The notes: a model not told the origin generated them from the letters alone. A DNA stretch of 32,000 bases from Candidatus Saccharimonadota bacterium (GCA_004563595.2 CP042461.1:390001-422000); one strand, 5' to 3'; counted from the stretch's first letter, positions 1-12,650 are shown. Made by a program: numbers and translations.

Positions 1-2
1 AA

Positions 3-3000
3 GTATTGAATGCTCCAGCACCCATGTATTTAGGTTTCTCATCAAGTAATTTGCTCAACGGTGAAAAAGATTTGTTTTACGCATTTCAACTTGAATGAAA
101 ATGAGGAAAATCACCATATACATATTCCACTACATCTCAACTTCCTGCATGACTCATGCTTACAAGTGGGTGACTTATATCAGGTATACCTACAGAGTGA
201 GGAACTTTTAATTTAGATATTACTATCCAAGATTCAGATTCTCCACAGACAAGTGTCCAAAAAACTTTTGTTCTTTATATTAGCGTACCAGAAATTTGTA
301 CCGATGGAATTGATAATGATGGAAATTGATCAATAGATTGTAATGATCCAATCTGTGTTGGAAATGCTGCATGTGAAGGTTCTGGAGGAGTGTCACTTAT
401 TAATTTTGGTGATAGTGCAGCAAATAACGTTTTTGGTTTAAGTGGTTGGGATACTGTATTTTTAGATAATTATACAGGCTATTATAATCAATGATCAACC
501 ATTGTGACAGGTAATAATTCGAATTACAATTACCAAGGGCTGAGTGGTACCTCAAGAACTTTTATAGAAGATGATAAGGTTTTTGCTACTTGGTATAATG
601 ATGGTCTTTCAAGTATGACCTTTACTCCGTTGGTAAGTTTTACAGACCCTGATAGAAAATGATCAGGAGCTATTCCTACGGGATGGTATGAAATGTCTGA
701 AGTGACAATTCCTGCTCAGAATTATGGAATTTCAGAGTTTGTTTTTGATACTTCAAATATTTGAGACTATAGTCTTGTAAATGTGAATGTAAATGAGGAT
801 AATAGTAGCATATTGCTTCTTGATCAAATTTGACTTATTCCAACAGGATCAGTACCAACAGATACAACTGCTCCAGTATTATCAAATGGAGTTCCAAGTT
901 GAGTCCTTTGATCAGGGACAACAAACACAACGCTCAGTATATCTACAAATGAGAACGCATTTTGTAAATATTCTACAACTGCAAGCACAGTATATGGATC
1001 AATGATAAATACATTTGCTACGACATGATCACAGTCGCATAGTATGAGTATATGAGGACTTATTGATGGAACATCATATACATACTATGTAAAATGTATT
1101 GATTGAGATTCTAATGAAAATACATCAGACTATATAATAAATTTTTCAGTGGCTAATGCTTGAGACATTATAGCTCCTGTACTATCAAATGGAACTCCTA
1201 TAGGAGAACAGGTATGAGGAACAATAAATGTAATTTTAGGGGTTGATACGGATGAAAATTCGACTTGTAAATACTCAACAGTAGTAAATACAGCGTATCC
1301 ATCAATGACAGATACATTTACAACCACATGAAATACAAATCATACAACAAATATTACATGACTTACAGATGGAGCATCATATACATATTATGTAAAATGT
1401 ATAGATGGATCAAGTAATGAAAATATATCAGATTATATAATTAATTTTTCAGTAGCGAATGCTTGAGATACCACAGCTCCTGTGCTATCAAATGGAGCCC
1501 CAGTTTGAGTTCAATCTTCTGGAACAACAAACGTGAATGTGGCATTGACTACGGATGAAAATGCAACATGTAAATATTCAACAGTAGTAAATACAACGTA
1601 TGCATCAATGACAGATACATTTACTACGACATCAAATATAGCTCATAGCACAAATATTACATGACTTACAGATGGAGCATCATATACATATTATGTAAGA
1701 TGTATAGATGGATTAAGTAATGAAAATACATCAGATTATGCTATTAGTTTTTCAGTAGCAATTGAATCTTCAGGTTCGTACTCTGCTATGCTTTCAACAT
1801 TTGAAGTATGATGAAATGAAATATATACATGACCAAGTGCTGATCAAGTAACACGTGTACAAGACAATTATAAATGGATTCCATATCAGTGAGGAAGTTC
1901 ATATGCACCTACACGGGGATATCTTGAAATAGATGATACAACTGGTGCGAAGTGAAGTAGTGGAAGTTTGAAATATGTTTCAACATGAGGAAGATCTAAT
2001 CCATATGCAACACCTGAGGAGACATGTGGTGGAGAAATATCAAATAAACAAGAAGCAATAGATAACCCAGGTAATATTTGTAATACTGCTGGTGGAGGAT
2101 TTAATTATTGGTTTTTAGACAATGATCGTTCAAAAAAAATAGATGAGCTAGCTGGAGCAAATAGAATTAGTTTTTACGTGAAGCTTCCAAAAGAGTTTAC
2201 ACGTAAAGTACATTATTCAGGAGAACCAGAAAACCATACTATGCATTTTGGTACATATACAAGAGATCCAAGTGGAACATATTCACCAGCATCTAATCTA
2301 TGAAATCATTATTATCACCGGTTAAATTTTAATGGAACTGGGCAATACTGGACAAAAGTAACCATTGATAACCACCCTCAACATGAGGTAGGAGTAGGTT
2401 GAGTAGATCCATGAGATAACCCAACTCTATGAAATGGATTTAATTATATAGAAGGGATGACACGTTTTTATTTTAAAATAAAACATCATTTACTTGAAAA
2501 TCCATGGTCACTATGGATTGATGAATTTGAGGTATATAATGATCCAAGACCGATGCCTCCAAAAATTGCATCAATTGCATTGACTCAAGTAGGTATCACA
2601 GATTTTGAAATTGACTTTGCTTCTATCGATGAATGAGGATGAGCAGATTTTGTAAATACTTTTGAAGCAAGATACTCAACCTCTCCTTTAAATGATGCAA
2701 ACTTTTATGATGCAGAAATAGTAAGTGGAAGTCCATGAATAACAGGAGATTATGAAAGATATGCACATATTGAAGCATATGGATTAAATATCGTTGGAGC
2801 ACCAATAGTATATTTTGCTATTAGGCAACTCGATGAGAATAGTGATCAAATTGCTTATTCAGAGTATGAATTTCCATCTCAAACATATACAGCACCTGCT
2901 TTGGAAATTTCTACAAAATCTATTTGAGGAACTACTTTAGGGCAAGTATACTCAGAGCAAATTGATGTCACAGGATGAGTAGCTCCATATAGTTTTTCAA

Positions 3001-6000
3001 CAACATCTCAATTGCCTGTATGATTAACATTTTCAAATACTGGTCTTCTTTCATGAACACTAGGAGAAACATGAATATTTAATATTGAAGTAGTTGTAAA
3101 TGACTCTGATAGTCCAGTATCACAAGTTATAGAAAATTTCACTCTTGTTGTAAGTCCACCAGAGATTTGTAATGATGGGATAGATAACGATGGGAATGGA
3201 AAAATAGACTGTGCAGATTATGCTTGTAGTGACTGATGTAGTCAACTACTGGTTGATTTCTGAGATAGCGCAGTAAATGATGTATTTAATTTCACTGATT
3301 GGAACAATGTATTTAAAGATGACTATACAGGGTACTATAATCAATGAATGACAATCACTTCAGGAACAAATGGAAACTATAACTATCAATGAGTCTCAGG
3401 TCCATCAATGGAGTTTGCAGAATGAGATAGAGTTTTAGTGAGATGGTACAATGACACAGCAGCGGAGGTTACATTTACACCAAGAATAAGTTTTGATGAT
3501 AATGATAGACCAAGTTCGTGAGTAACAGGTACATGGTATTCTATGACGGAATGAACTATAGAAGCCAGTTCGTATTGAATTACAGAATATGAGCTGACAT
3601 CTGGAAGTGCAGGGAATTTTACTTTTGTGAATACAAATGTAAATTACGACAATAGTAGTGAGCTTATTTTAGATAAGATATCTATTATAGATTCCTGATC
3701 AACGTGATCAGGATCAACAGATACTACAGCCCCAATACTTTCAAATGGACTTCCAAACTGAGCACTTTCATCAGGAACAACAAATACAATACTTAGCGTT
3801 TCTACCAATGAGAATGCATTTTGTAAATATTCAACAACTGCAAATACAGTATACTGATCAATGATAAATACATTTGCAACAACATGAGTACAAACACATA
3901 GTGTAAGTATATGAGGACTTACAGATGGAGTATCATATGATTACTATGTTAGGTGTATAGATTGAAGTGGGAACGAAAATACTTCGGATTATGCGATTAG
4001 TTTTTCAGTGGCCACAGCAATTCCAACCTCAGATCCAACTACAAATCCACTTGCATATATGGGAGACTTTGAGTACGTATGATGATTTACTTTTGGTTCA
4101 ACATCAGGAGTATCAGATTTAACCTATACATCAGGAAAATTCGCTATAAATTCTGCTTCGAATTCTATATTTATATGAAGTCATAATTATCAAGATGCGA
4201 TATGAGAGTTTAGTATACCGGCATTATCACTTGATCCAGATTATAATAACTTTAATAAAGCAACACAAGTACAAGATTTTGACCTAATTTTTAATAAAAT
4301 ATCAAATCCAGAGAGTCATGAAACACTATGATGACTTGCTATAATCTGAGCTAATCTACTATTTCATACATATGAATATTATGATGCTGCTTGAGATAAT
4401 GTTTGAACAACATCTATATTAAAAAATATCTCAGATCTAAAAAATTCAATAATAGATGGAATATTTCCACTTGCATGATGAGCACATTTAGTTAGTTGGA
4501 CATCATTAGTTCCAACAGAATGGCAAACCTTTTTATGATGAGACTATATTTCATGATCATCAAGTTCATTCCCTATTAATGGGAGAGCGAGTATGTGACC
4601 AAGTGCCTTTGTATTACAATCAGATGATATTTTGAATGCAACCGATACAAATGTAACTATACCGACTACTAAATTGTTAGATTTTAGTTTAAATAATATA
4701 TTATCAAAAACACCATCATGATGGTCTGCATTTTGAATTTGGGACCAATATAATGCAAATGGAGACAATGATTTATGGACAGAAGAATCTTCAGCAGAGT
4801 ATGGATTTATAATTCCATGAACAAGAACCTATGCAACTATTTGAAATTCATGAATGCATGAAAGTGGATGATGATATAAAATTACTCAAACAGATGGGAC
4901 TTTATGTCCATGACCATGTGCAAATGACCCACTTGATGTATATAACTATATATGGCTATGGGATGTGAATGATTTTTTAGATGTAAAAAATGGACTCAAA
5001 CAAGCATATGAAGTAAAACCATACCAATATGGAAAATTTACTACACCGTTTGATGTAAGATCAAGTGGGACAAGAAAAAACTTAATTTTTTGATGAAGTT
5101 ATGATGATGTATCAAATACATTATATTTAAATTTGAATAAGGCAAATGAGGAGTCGATTTATACATCAACACCAATCATATTAGCCTACAAAATCAATGC
5201 GGTAGTAGATACAACAGCAGCTATACTTTCAAACGGAACTCCAACTGGAGAACAAGCCTGAGGAACAACGAATGTAAATCTCACATTAGATACAGATGAG
5301 AATGCAACATGTAAATATTCTACCGTTGCAAATACAGTATTCACAAGTATGACAAATACATTTACTACGACGTGAAATACATCACATTCTACAAATGTAA
5401 CATGATTAACAGAAGGGAATTCATATACATATTATGTAAGATGTATAGATGGGTATTTGAATGAAACAACAATAGATTACACACTCAATTTTTCAGTAGC
5501 GAACACTCCAGATACAACAGCTCCGATTCTTTCAAATGGAACTCCTAGTGGAGAACAAACATCAGGAACAACAAATGTAAATCTGACATTAGATACTGAT
5601 GAGAACTCTACTTGTAGATATTCAACAAGTGCAAATACAGCATATGCAAGTATGATAAACACTTTTGCTACAACAGGGAATACAACACACACTACAAATA
5701 TTACATGACTCACAGATGCAACATCATATACATATTATGTAAGATGTATCGATACCGTATCAAACGTAAACACAACAAATTACACATTAAGTTTCTCAGT
5801 AGCGAACACTCCAGATACCACAGCTCCAATTCTTTCGAACGGAACTCCAAGTGGAGAACAAGCATCAGGAACAACGAATGTGAACCTGACATTAGATACT
5901 GATGAGAACTCTACTTGTAGATATTCAACAAGTGCAAATACAGCATATGCAAGTATGATAAATACCTTTGCAACGACATGAAATACAAGTCATACAACCA

Positions 6001-8744
6001 ACATAACATGACTCACAGATGCAACATCATATACGTATTATGTAAGATGTATCGACTGATCAAGTAATGAAAACACAACAGACTACACATTAAATTTTTC
6101 TGTAGCGAACACTCCAGACACAACGGCACCAATTCTTTCGAACTGAACTCCAAGTGGAGAACAAGCCTCAGGAACAACGAATGTGAACCTGACATTAGAT
6201 ACAGATGAAAATGCAACCTGTAAATACTCAACAGCAGTAAATACAACGTATGCATCAATGACAGATACCTTTACAACAACCTGAAATACAAGTCATACAA
6301 CCAACATAACATGATTAGCAGATGCAACATCATATACATATTATGTAAGATGTATAGATGGATCAAGTAATGCAACAACAACAGATTATACATTAAACTT
6401 TTCTGTAGCCGTAACTCCAGACACAACAGCTCCAGTACTTTCGAACGGAACACCAAGTGGAGAACAAGCCTCAGGAACAACAAATGTGAATCTCACATTA
6501 GACACAGACGAAAATGCAACCTGTAAATATTGAATAAATTCAAATACTACATACGCATGAATAGGGAATACATTTACAACAACCTGAAATACAACACATA
6601 GTACCAACATAACATGACTGATAGATGGAATATCATATACGTATTACGTAAGATGTATCGACTCAGTATCAAATGTAAATACAACAGACTACACACTGAA
6701 TTTCTCAGTAGCAAATACTCCAGACACAACAGCACCGATTCTTTCGAACGGAACCCCAAGTGGAGAACAAGCCTCAGGAACAAGTAACGTGAATCTGATA
6801 CTCGATACCGATGAAAATGCAACATGTAGATACTCTCCAAATGCAAATACATCATATTGAGCAATGTGAAACACATTTACAACGACATGAAATACAAACC
6901 ATACAACCAACATAACATGACTTACAGATGGAACATCACATACGTATTATATAAGATGTATGGATGGAAACTCTAATGCAACCACAACAGATTATACATT
7001 AAACTTCTCAGTAGCCAATACTCCAGATACATGAGCACCATTTTTAAGTAATGGACTTCCAAACTGAGAACAAGCCTCAGGAACAACAAATGTGAATCTG
7101 ACACTAGATACGAATGAAGCATCAACATGTAAATACTCAACAGTAGTAAATACAACGTATGCATCAATGACAGATACCTTTACAACGACATGAAATACAA
7201 GTCATTCTACAAATGTAACATGACTGACAGATGGAACATCATATACGTATTATGTAAGATGTATAGATGGATCAAATAATGAAACAACCACAGATTACAC
7301 ACTGAACTTTTCAGTAGCAAATGTAGTTGATACCACAGTACCAATACTCTCAAATGGACTTCCAAATGGAGAGCAATCAGCAGGAACAACAAACGTGAAT
7401 CTGACACTAGATACGAACGAAGCATCCACATGTAAATACTCAACCGTAGTAAATACAACATATGCATCAATGACAGATACATTTACAACAGGGACATGAG
7501 GACTGAATCATACAGCAAATGTAACATGACTTACAAACGGAATAAGTTATGCTTACTATGTAAGATGTATAGATGGATCAAGTAATGAAAACACAATAGA
7601 CTATGCTATGAACTTTTCAGTAGCCACTCTGATTGATGTAACAGCACCAGTATTAAGTAATGGACTTCCAAACGGAGAACAAACTGCTGGGACAACGAAT
7701 GTAAATCTGACACTTGATACGAATGAAATATCTACATGTAAATACTCAACAACAGTAAATACAACATATACATCAATGACAGACCTATTTACAACAGCAA
7801 CCTGAGGACTCAATCATACAGCAAATCTTACATGACTTACAGACAGTACAAGTTACACATATTATGTAAGATGTATGGATACCGATTCAAATGAAAATAC
7901 AAGTGACTACACGATTAACTTTTCAGTAGCCACAGCAAGTACAAGTGGATGATGAAGTTCAAGCTGAGGTTGAGGAGGCTGATGAGGAGGTTGAGGATGA
8001 TGAAGTTATATCCCAACCTGTAAAGATGAACAACTCACATGTAAACTGATTCCATGATCAACAACAACATACAAATGGTATGTACAAGAAGAAGTATCAT
8101 GTAAATATGGGAAACTATGATCAATATGTTCAGAGGAAGATGTAATTGATCTTAACAGTGGCTGAACATGAACAGGTACGACTACAGATACTACATGATG
8201 ATGAAGTGTGAAGAAATACCATTCAGAAATGACGATTCTTCAATTAATAGAAAAAAGAGTTGATAAAGTAATAGAACAAAAGGAGAAGGATAATGATGAG
8301 AAAGTAATAGAATACAGAAATACCTTTATCAAAGATGTAGAGAACTATATCTTAGCAAGACAAGCAAAACAAAATACCAGAGAACACAAAGTGAAAATAC
8401 TCGCAACGTTTAAACTCTTTGCAAAAGAATTAAGAAAAGAAAATAACGTTACAAGTTGATGAACAACAGAGACTTGAACAGCAAGTAGTGTAACGACACA
8501 CTTATCAGATAATGATATAGTGAACAAACTCTGAGCAAGACTTGATGCATTAATAGTAAAATACAAGAAGGAGAAAAGTATAAAGGTACTGTTTTTCAAA
8601 ACAAAGTTATTAAAGAATATAGACTCTTATATTCTCACTAAGAAAAACAAAGAGAAGGGAATTAACTACAGGATTAAAATGAAGATATTAAAAAGTAATA
8701 TTGAAAAAACTTATTTAATATTCTTGAAGAGTTTGAAATCTTAA
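3..8744 (+). CDS. Giant modular cell-surface/adhesin-like protein, 5'-truncated by the window edge (at least 2,913 aa with TGA=Gly)
   Basis: Frame 3 stays open from the window edge to TAA at 8742-8744 when TGA is read as Gly. I walked the frame by eye and met no TAA/TAG but many in-frame TGA. Domain order: He_PIG-like Ig domain ([43 protein letters not shown]), a Cys/Asp-rich [17 protein letters not shown] motif, a ~160-aa beta-rich domain, 3 Fn3/Ig-like repeats, and a ~370-aa unknown domain. The He_PIG + Cys motif + 160-aa domain then recur, followed by 1 repeat, a ~395-aa unknown domain, 9 repeats, a poly-Gly linker, a Cys-containing segment and a Lys-rich helical tail. A strong terminator follows. 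Confidence 0.85.
297..374 (+). other. Cys/Asp-rich Ca-binding-like motif, copy 1 ([26 protein letters not shown])
   Basis: Direct translation in the giant ORF frame. A second copy lies at 3168-3239. The CxDGxDNDGxGxxDCxDxxC pattern resembles the acidic Cys-rich repeats common in CPR and archaeal surface proteins. Confidence 0.6.
861..1769 (+). repeat. Three tandem 303-bp (101-aa) Fn3/Ig-like repeats inside the giant ORF
   Basis: Repeat starts ([12 protein letters not shown]) are at 861, 1164 and 1467, exactly 303 nt apart. Consensus: [77 protein letters not shown](K/R)CIDxxxNENTSDYxIxFSVA. Confidence 0.9.
3168..3239 (+). other. Cys/Asp-rich Ca-binding-like motif, copy 2 ([24 protein letters not shown])
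   Basis: Same motif as 297-374. It is again preceded by a He_PIG-like Ig domain (about 2886-3167: [46 protein letters not shown]). It is again followed by a homologous ~160-aa domain (FGDSAxNxVF...W(D/N)xVFxDxYTGYYNQG...NYNYQG). This shows a large module duplication within the ORF. Confidence 0.6.
3720..4022 (+). repeat. Single Fn3/Ig-like 101-aa repeat unit of the giant ORF
   Basis: [98 protein letters not shown]; same family as 861-1769 and 5208-7937. Confidence 0.85.
5208..7937 (+). repeat. Nine tandem Fn3/Ig-like repeats (eight of 303 bp, then one of 306 bp)
   Basis: Repeat-initial GAT/GAC codons are at 5208, 5511, 5814, 6117, 6420, 6723, 7026, 7329 and 7635. Each unit has two conserved Cys (xTC(K/R)YS and YYVRC) and a TGA-encoded Gly in ITGLTDG. 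The many minus-strand ORFs in the supplied track here are antisense artefacts of this array. Confidence 0.92.
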
Positions 8745-8763
8745 TTGCTAAAAAACAAAAAAA

Positions 8764-8794
8764 CAGATACTCGTTTACGAGTATCTGTTTTTTT
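8764..8794. terminator. Bidirectional rho-independent terminator between convergent genes
   Basis: Perfect 10-bp stem CAGATACTCG / CGAGTATCTG with a TTTA loop. An A-run lies upstream and T7 downstream. It sits between the stop at 8744 (+) and the stop at 8800 (-). Confidence 0.8.
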
Positions 8795-8799
8795 GTTAA

Positions 8800-11052
8800 C
8801 TATGGAGTTATAGTTATATTATCAAGATGAAAAATTGCTTTACTTCACACTGAAAAATCTTTTTCTACTTCAATCTTGAATTCATATGTTCATGCTCATA
8901 ATACTGGACTCAAGTATGTTTGATATGCTGATAATCAAGATGTATCACCTCATTCTCACCAATGCTTAACTTGTACAGAGTCAATATAAAGTTTTGCTCT
9001 TCATAAGAAGAAACTTAATTTATAGTCAAAATTTAGAGTTTGACCTGCGGTTAGTGTTTGGTTAAATATGATATATGTTTTGTCACCTTCTATTAGAAGT
9101 GGATTTTTTATCGCGTAAACTCCATTTGAAGAATCAGTAACTCCTACTCTTGTCCAAGGTGTTTTTGCGGCTCAATCAAAAGTAAATAACTCATATGGGT
9201 TTGAAATTCAGTCTTCAAAATCTAAATCCCATCAGCATCATGCTCATCATCAAATACAACTAAAGTTAAAATTATCTAGAGAGAGATCTGCATGTGCACC
9301 GGAAGCCCACTCTAAATTTATTTTAAATTTGAATTCGTAGTCTCATGGTGGGAGAAGGGATGTAGTATACGCTTGATATGTCCCATTCCCCATTCCACTT
9401 CAGCCCCATTTCTCATACTTTGCTCAATTGATATAAAACTCTGCAGTTCATTGATTATAATCTAATTTATAATCAAAATTAAGTTTTTGAGATTGAGAGA
9501 GTGTTTTATTTAAAGTAATATAGGTAGTTTCTCACTGGTCAAGAGGAGGATTCTTAATCGCATATGTTCCATTTGAAGAATCAGTAACTCTTGTCCATGG
9601 TGTTGTTACATCTCAAGAAAATACAAATATATCAAATGGATTATCAGAAGAATCTTCAAAGTTTAAATCCCATCAGCAAGTTGCTCATCAATCAATACAT
9701 GTTTCATCTATCAATATATTGTCTAAAAATAAATTTGAATATGCTCCAGATGCCCAGTCTACGTACGTTTCAAATTTAAATTCATAATTTCATGCGGGTA
9801 GGAGAGTTGTAGTATATGTTTGGTATGTTCCATTTTGAATTCCACTTCATCACCATTTTTCATATTTGACTCAATTAATGTAAAAACTTGCAGTTCATTC
9901 ATTATAATCTAATTTATAATCGAATGTAAGATTAGCAGCTTTGTTGAGAACCATGTTGTATATGAAAGCAGTTGTTTCGCCCTCTCAAGCAGGGATGTTT
10001 CTTATAGCCTTTGATGCTCAGCTTCAGCTTCAATCTTCAATAATCCAGTCAGAATCTCATTCATAGGTATGTAAACAACTGTTACTTATAAGAGCTCAAG
10101 GTGAAAATCATTCAAATGTACCATCTTCATTTACACAGGTAAGTGGTAAGACATCATTTGATTTTAAAAACGGAGTATTACTTGAACAGTGTAATTGTTT
10201 TCTAAGCAATAGAGCATTTTCTTCTAAATAAAAAGGGTGAATATATCAATCTTGATATTGATCATATTTATTTATACTTTGAAAAATACCTGTTCCGTAA
10301 GATTGTTTTAGACCAGCTTCTAAATTATAGTAATCAACTTCATTTAATGGAGAACAATCCGTTCATTGATATAATAATCTAGGTGTAAAAGGTACTGTTT
10401 CTGAATTAAAGTCTCATTCAATGAAGCTTCAAGGAATAGTTTTCTTTGCAGCAATAACGAAATTGTTATTTTCAACTCAAACTTGAACTTCTTGATCTAC
10501 TCATCTGGTATTGAGTATTAAACTTGGGATAGAAATAATATGAGTTTCTCATCAAGTGCTGGTTCTTAAATATTTTGAGTTATAGTTTCATCAAATATAT
10601 GCAACAACATCAGTTGCTGCGTATATCTGATCTGTAAGGTGATGTTGGATATTCTGACTGAGCTGATTTTCTTCAAAGACTCATGCAATTTCATAATTTT
10701 TTCATGAAGTTGTGACTGAATATGATATTTCACTTCCGAATTTTATATCACTTAAGTCTCCAGCTACATTTATGAGAGACTGTATTCTTTCTCATATTAC
10801 TCATTGTTCCCAAATATCTACTCATGCATAACGAACAGTATTGGAATTTTGAGGTTTCGGATATTTTCCTGCTTGTACCTCATAGAGGTCAAGAGTTTTA
10901 TTTATATTTGAATAATTTGAGATTCTTACACTGTCTCTTGCTTGCCTACTATATCATTGAAATGATACAAAAGCTACTGTTCAAAGTATTGCAAGTATCG
11001 TTATAACAACTATAAGTTCTACAAGGGTAAATCATTTTTTTTGTAGGTTCAT
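8800..11052 (-). CDS. Large type IV pilin/pseudopilin-like protein (750 aa) with three C-terminal beta-sandwich (lectin/CBM/MAM-like) modules
   Basis: The N-terminus MNLQKKG|FTLVELIVVITILAILGTVAFVSFQGY is a class III (prepilin) signal with the cleavage-site Gly, Phe+1 and Glu+5. The Gly-1 codon is TGA. The span of 2253 nt is 751 codons from ATG (11052) to TAG (8800-8802), with no TAA/TAG in frame. Confidence 0.85.
8803..10077 (-). repeat. Three tandem ~133-147-aa modules within the pilin gene
   Basis: Modules span 9679-10077, 9238-9678 and 8803-9237. Shared blocks: CGWDL(N/D)FED...PWTRV(T)DSSNG(T/V)YAIKNP...LNFDYKLDYN(E/Q)GTAxFYINGxKYEKWGGSG...GxYEFKF...LDN. The nucleotide-level period is about 440-450 bp. 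Confidence 0.85.
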
Positions 11053-11112
11053 CAGGTTTGTTTTAAGGAGGTAAATATTTATTTATTTTTTCATAGCATT
11101 TATAATCTTATA

Positions 11113-12033
11113 TCATACTTGGTTGATAGGATTAATCGTCTTGTGATAGTTTTTCCTAAAAGCTATAAAGTCTTCTCTGAGAAGTTCTAATAGAATATGG
11201 ATAGAGAAGTTATTCTCGTATTCACTATAGGCATGGTATGCAATAGGAAATATTTTATATGCACGTTTTATTTCTTCATCTATTTCATTTTTTTTTGATT
11301 TTTCTAAATTTATGATAGTTGAGAGATTATATTCCTCTTGGTTTGTGGAAATTATTTTGTTATTTATTGAGTTTTTGTTTGATAATTTTTCTAGATCCTC
11401 ATTATATTGGATAATATTTTTTATGTGGCTATTACGTTCTCTGAGGTATTCTAAATAAGAATTATACTTACATGTTTCATAGCTTGTTTGTTTGAGGACT
11501 TGGAGTTTTTGAACTGAGTTATTATCATTGCTTTGATTGCACTTTAGTGAGCCTGTAATACGAGTAAGTTTTCCTATCTGTGATTCAATCTTACTTTGAA
11601 TTTTACTTTTTAAATATGAGTTATTTGCAAGTAATTGTTTGGTAGCTCTTAGTGACTTTTCTTGCACTCATATAATAGCACATTTATATATGTTGTTCAT
11701 ATTATTTTTATAGATATTTTTAGCTATATTTAGATCATCTCCAAAATTTATAAAATCAGCAACTGTATCTCATATATTTTCTATAGAAGTTTGCTGCTTC
11801 CTTTTCTCTTCTTGAGCTTTTTTATATTCTGGAGTTTGAGTATCATAATTTTTATATTCTTTTGTCTGAAAAAATATTGGTTGAGGTTTATATGGGGAAC
11901 ATGTATTTTTTACACGACATTCATACAGTTCATATCAGTCTGAACTATTGCAAATGAGGCTACTTGTTTCAGAAAATACATTACTGTATGTTAGTGTACA
12001 AATACATATGATTATATATCAAAGTTTCTTCAT
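11113..12033 (-). CDS. Hypothetical secreted protein, Cys-rich N-terminal part followed by a long helical/coiled-coil region (306 aa)
   Basis: The standard-code track shows only the last 184 aa (11113-11667). Reading TGA as Gly extends it in frame to ATG at 12033. The N-terminus MKKLGYIIICICTLTYSNVFSE looks like a signal peptide. No recognisable catalytic motif. Confidence 0.6.
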
Positions 12034-12092
12034 AGAATAAAGGGCTACGTGATGAAAAATAGTTATAAATAATATACCTAAAAAAAAAATTT

Positions 12093-12650
12093 TTAAAAGT
12101 TTTTTATTGTAGTAGATGATTTTATTACTTCTTTGTGTCCTATTTTTTTTGTTACTTTATATCATTTTCTTTTTGTTAAAAAATCTGTATCAGATGAAAT
12201 ATTATACTTTAGGTGTCATCATAGGTTTCTCAGATATAAGCTTCATGTCTGAGAAACTATAATCGATATGCTTTTATTGACAACTCACGAGGCAGAATTA
12301 TTTGAAAAACTATAAAAAATAGGTCATCAATCAAGAATACTAATATCAATAGTATTATTTATACTTGGAAATTGGGTTTCAGATGTTTCTTTCACCTTGA
12401 GTACTCAAGTATATTTATTATTATCTTCAAAAATAATATTTTCTCAATTATCGAGTTGAGTATTGATATAGTTTTTTTCATTTAAAATTTTCTGTACTTG
12501 GTAATGACTTGTTATTGATTCTGATATGAGTGAATTGTTTCGAATAGTTTTTCCTATTTTTGAGCTTGTATTTATAAAAATAATACTGATTATAAGGCTC
12601 AGAAAAATTGACCAAATGAGTATAGATGCTTTTTGATGAGTATCTTGCAT
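12093..12650 (-). CDS. Hypothetical bitopic membrane protein (185 aa)
   Basis: ATG at 12650. One N-terminal hydrophobic helix (ASILIWSIFLSLIISIIFI). I walked the frame codon by codon through 8 TGA codons to TAA at 12093-12095. It lies divergent from the PilB-like ATPase, so a pilus-assembly accessory role is possible but unproven. Confidence 0.55.

Noticed and set aside
793-1005. Plus-strand 70-aa ORF ([12 protein letters not shown]...).
   Set aside because: It is in frame 1, whereas the giant ORF is in frame 3. It is an off-frame by-product within a clearly coding repeat.
5477-7813. About ten minus-strand ORFs of 60-100 aa in the supplied track (for example 5477-5713, 6013-6258, 6574-6876, 7207-7482).
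   Set aside because: They are antisense to the 303-bp repeat array and recur with its period. Their sequences are low-complexity L/H/Y/M strings, and the plus strand carries a continuous, motif-rich frame.
5208-7937. Regular 303-bp repeat array considered as a possible CRISPR or satellite.
   Set aside because: The units are contiguous with no spacers, the period is a multiple of three, and they translate into a conserved Ig-like domain in one frame.
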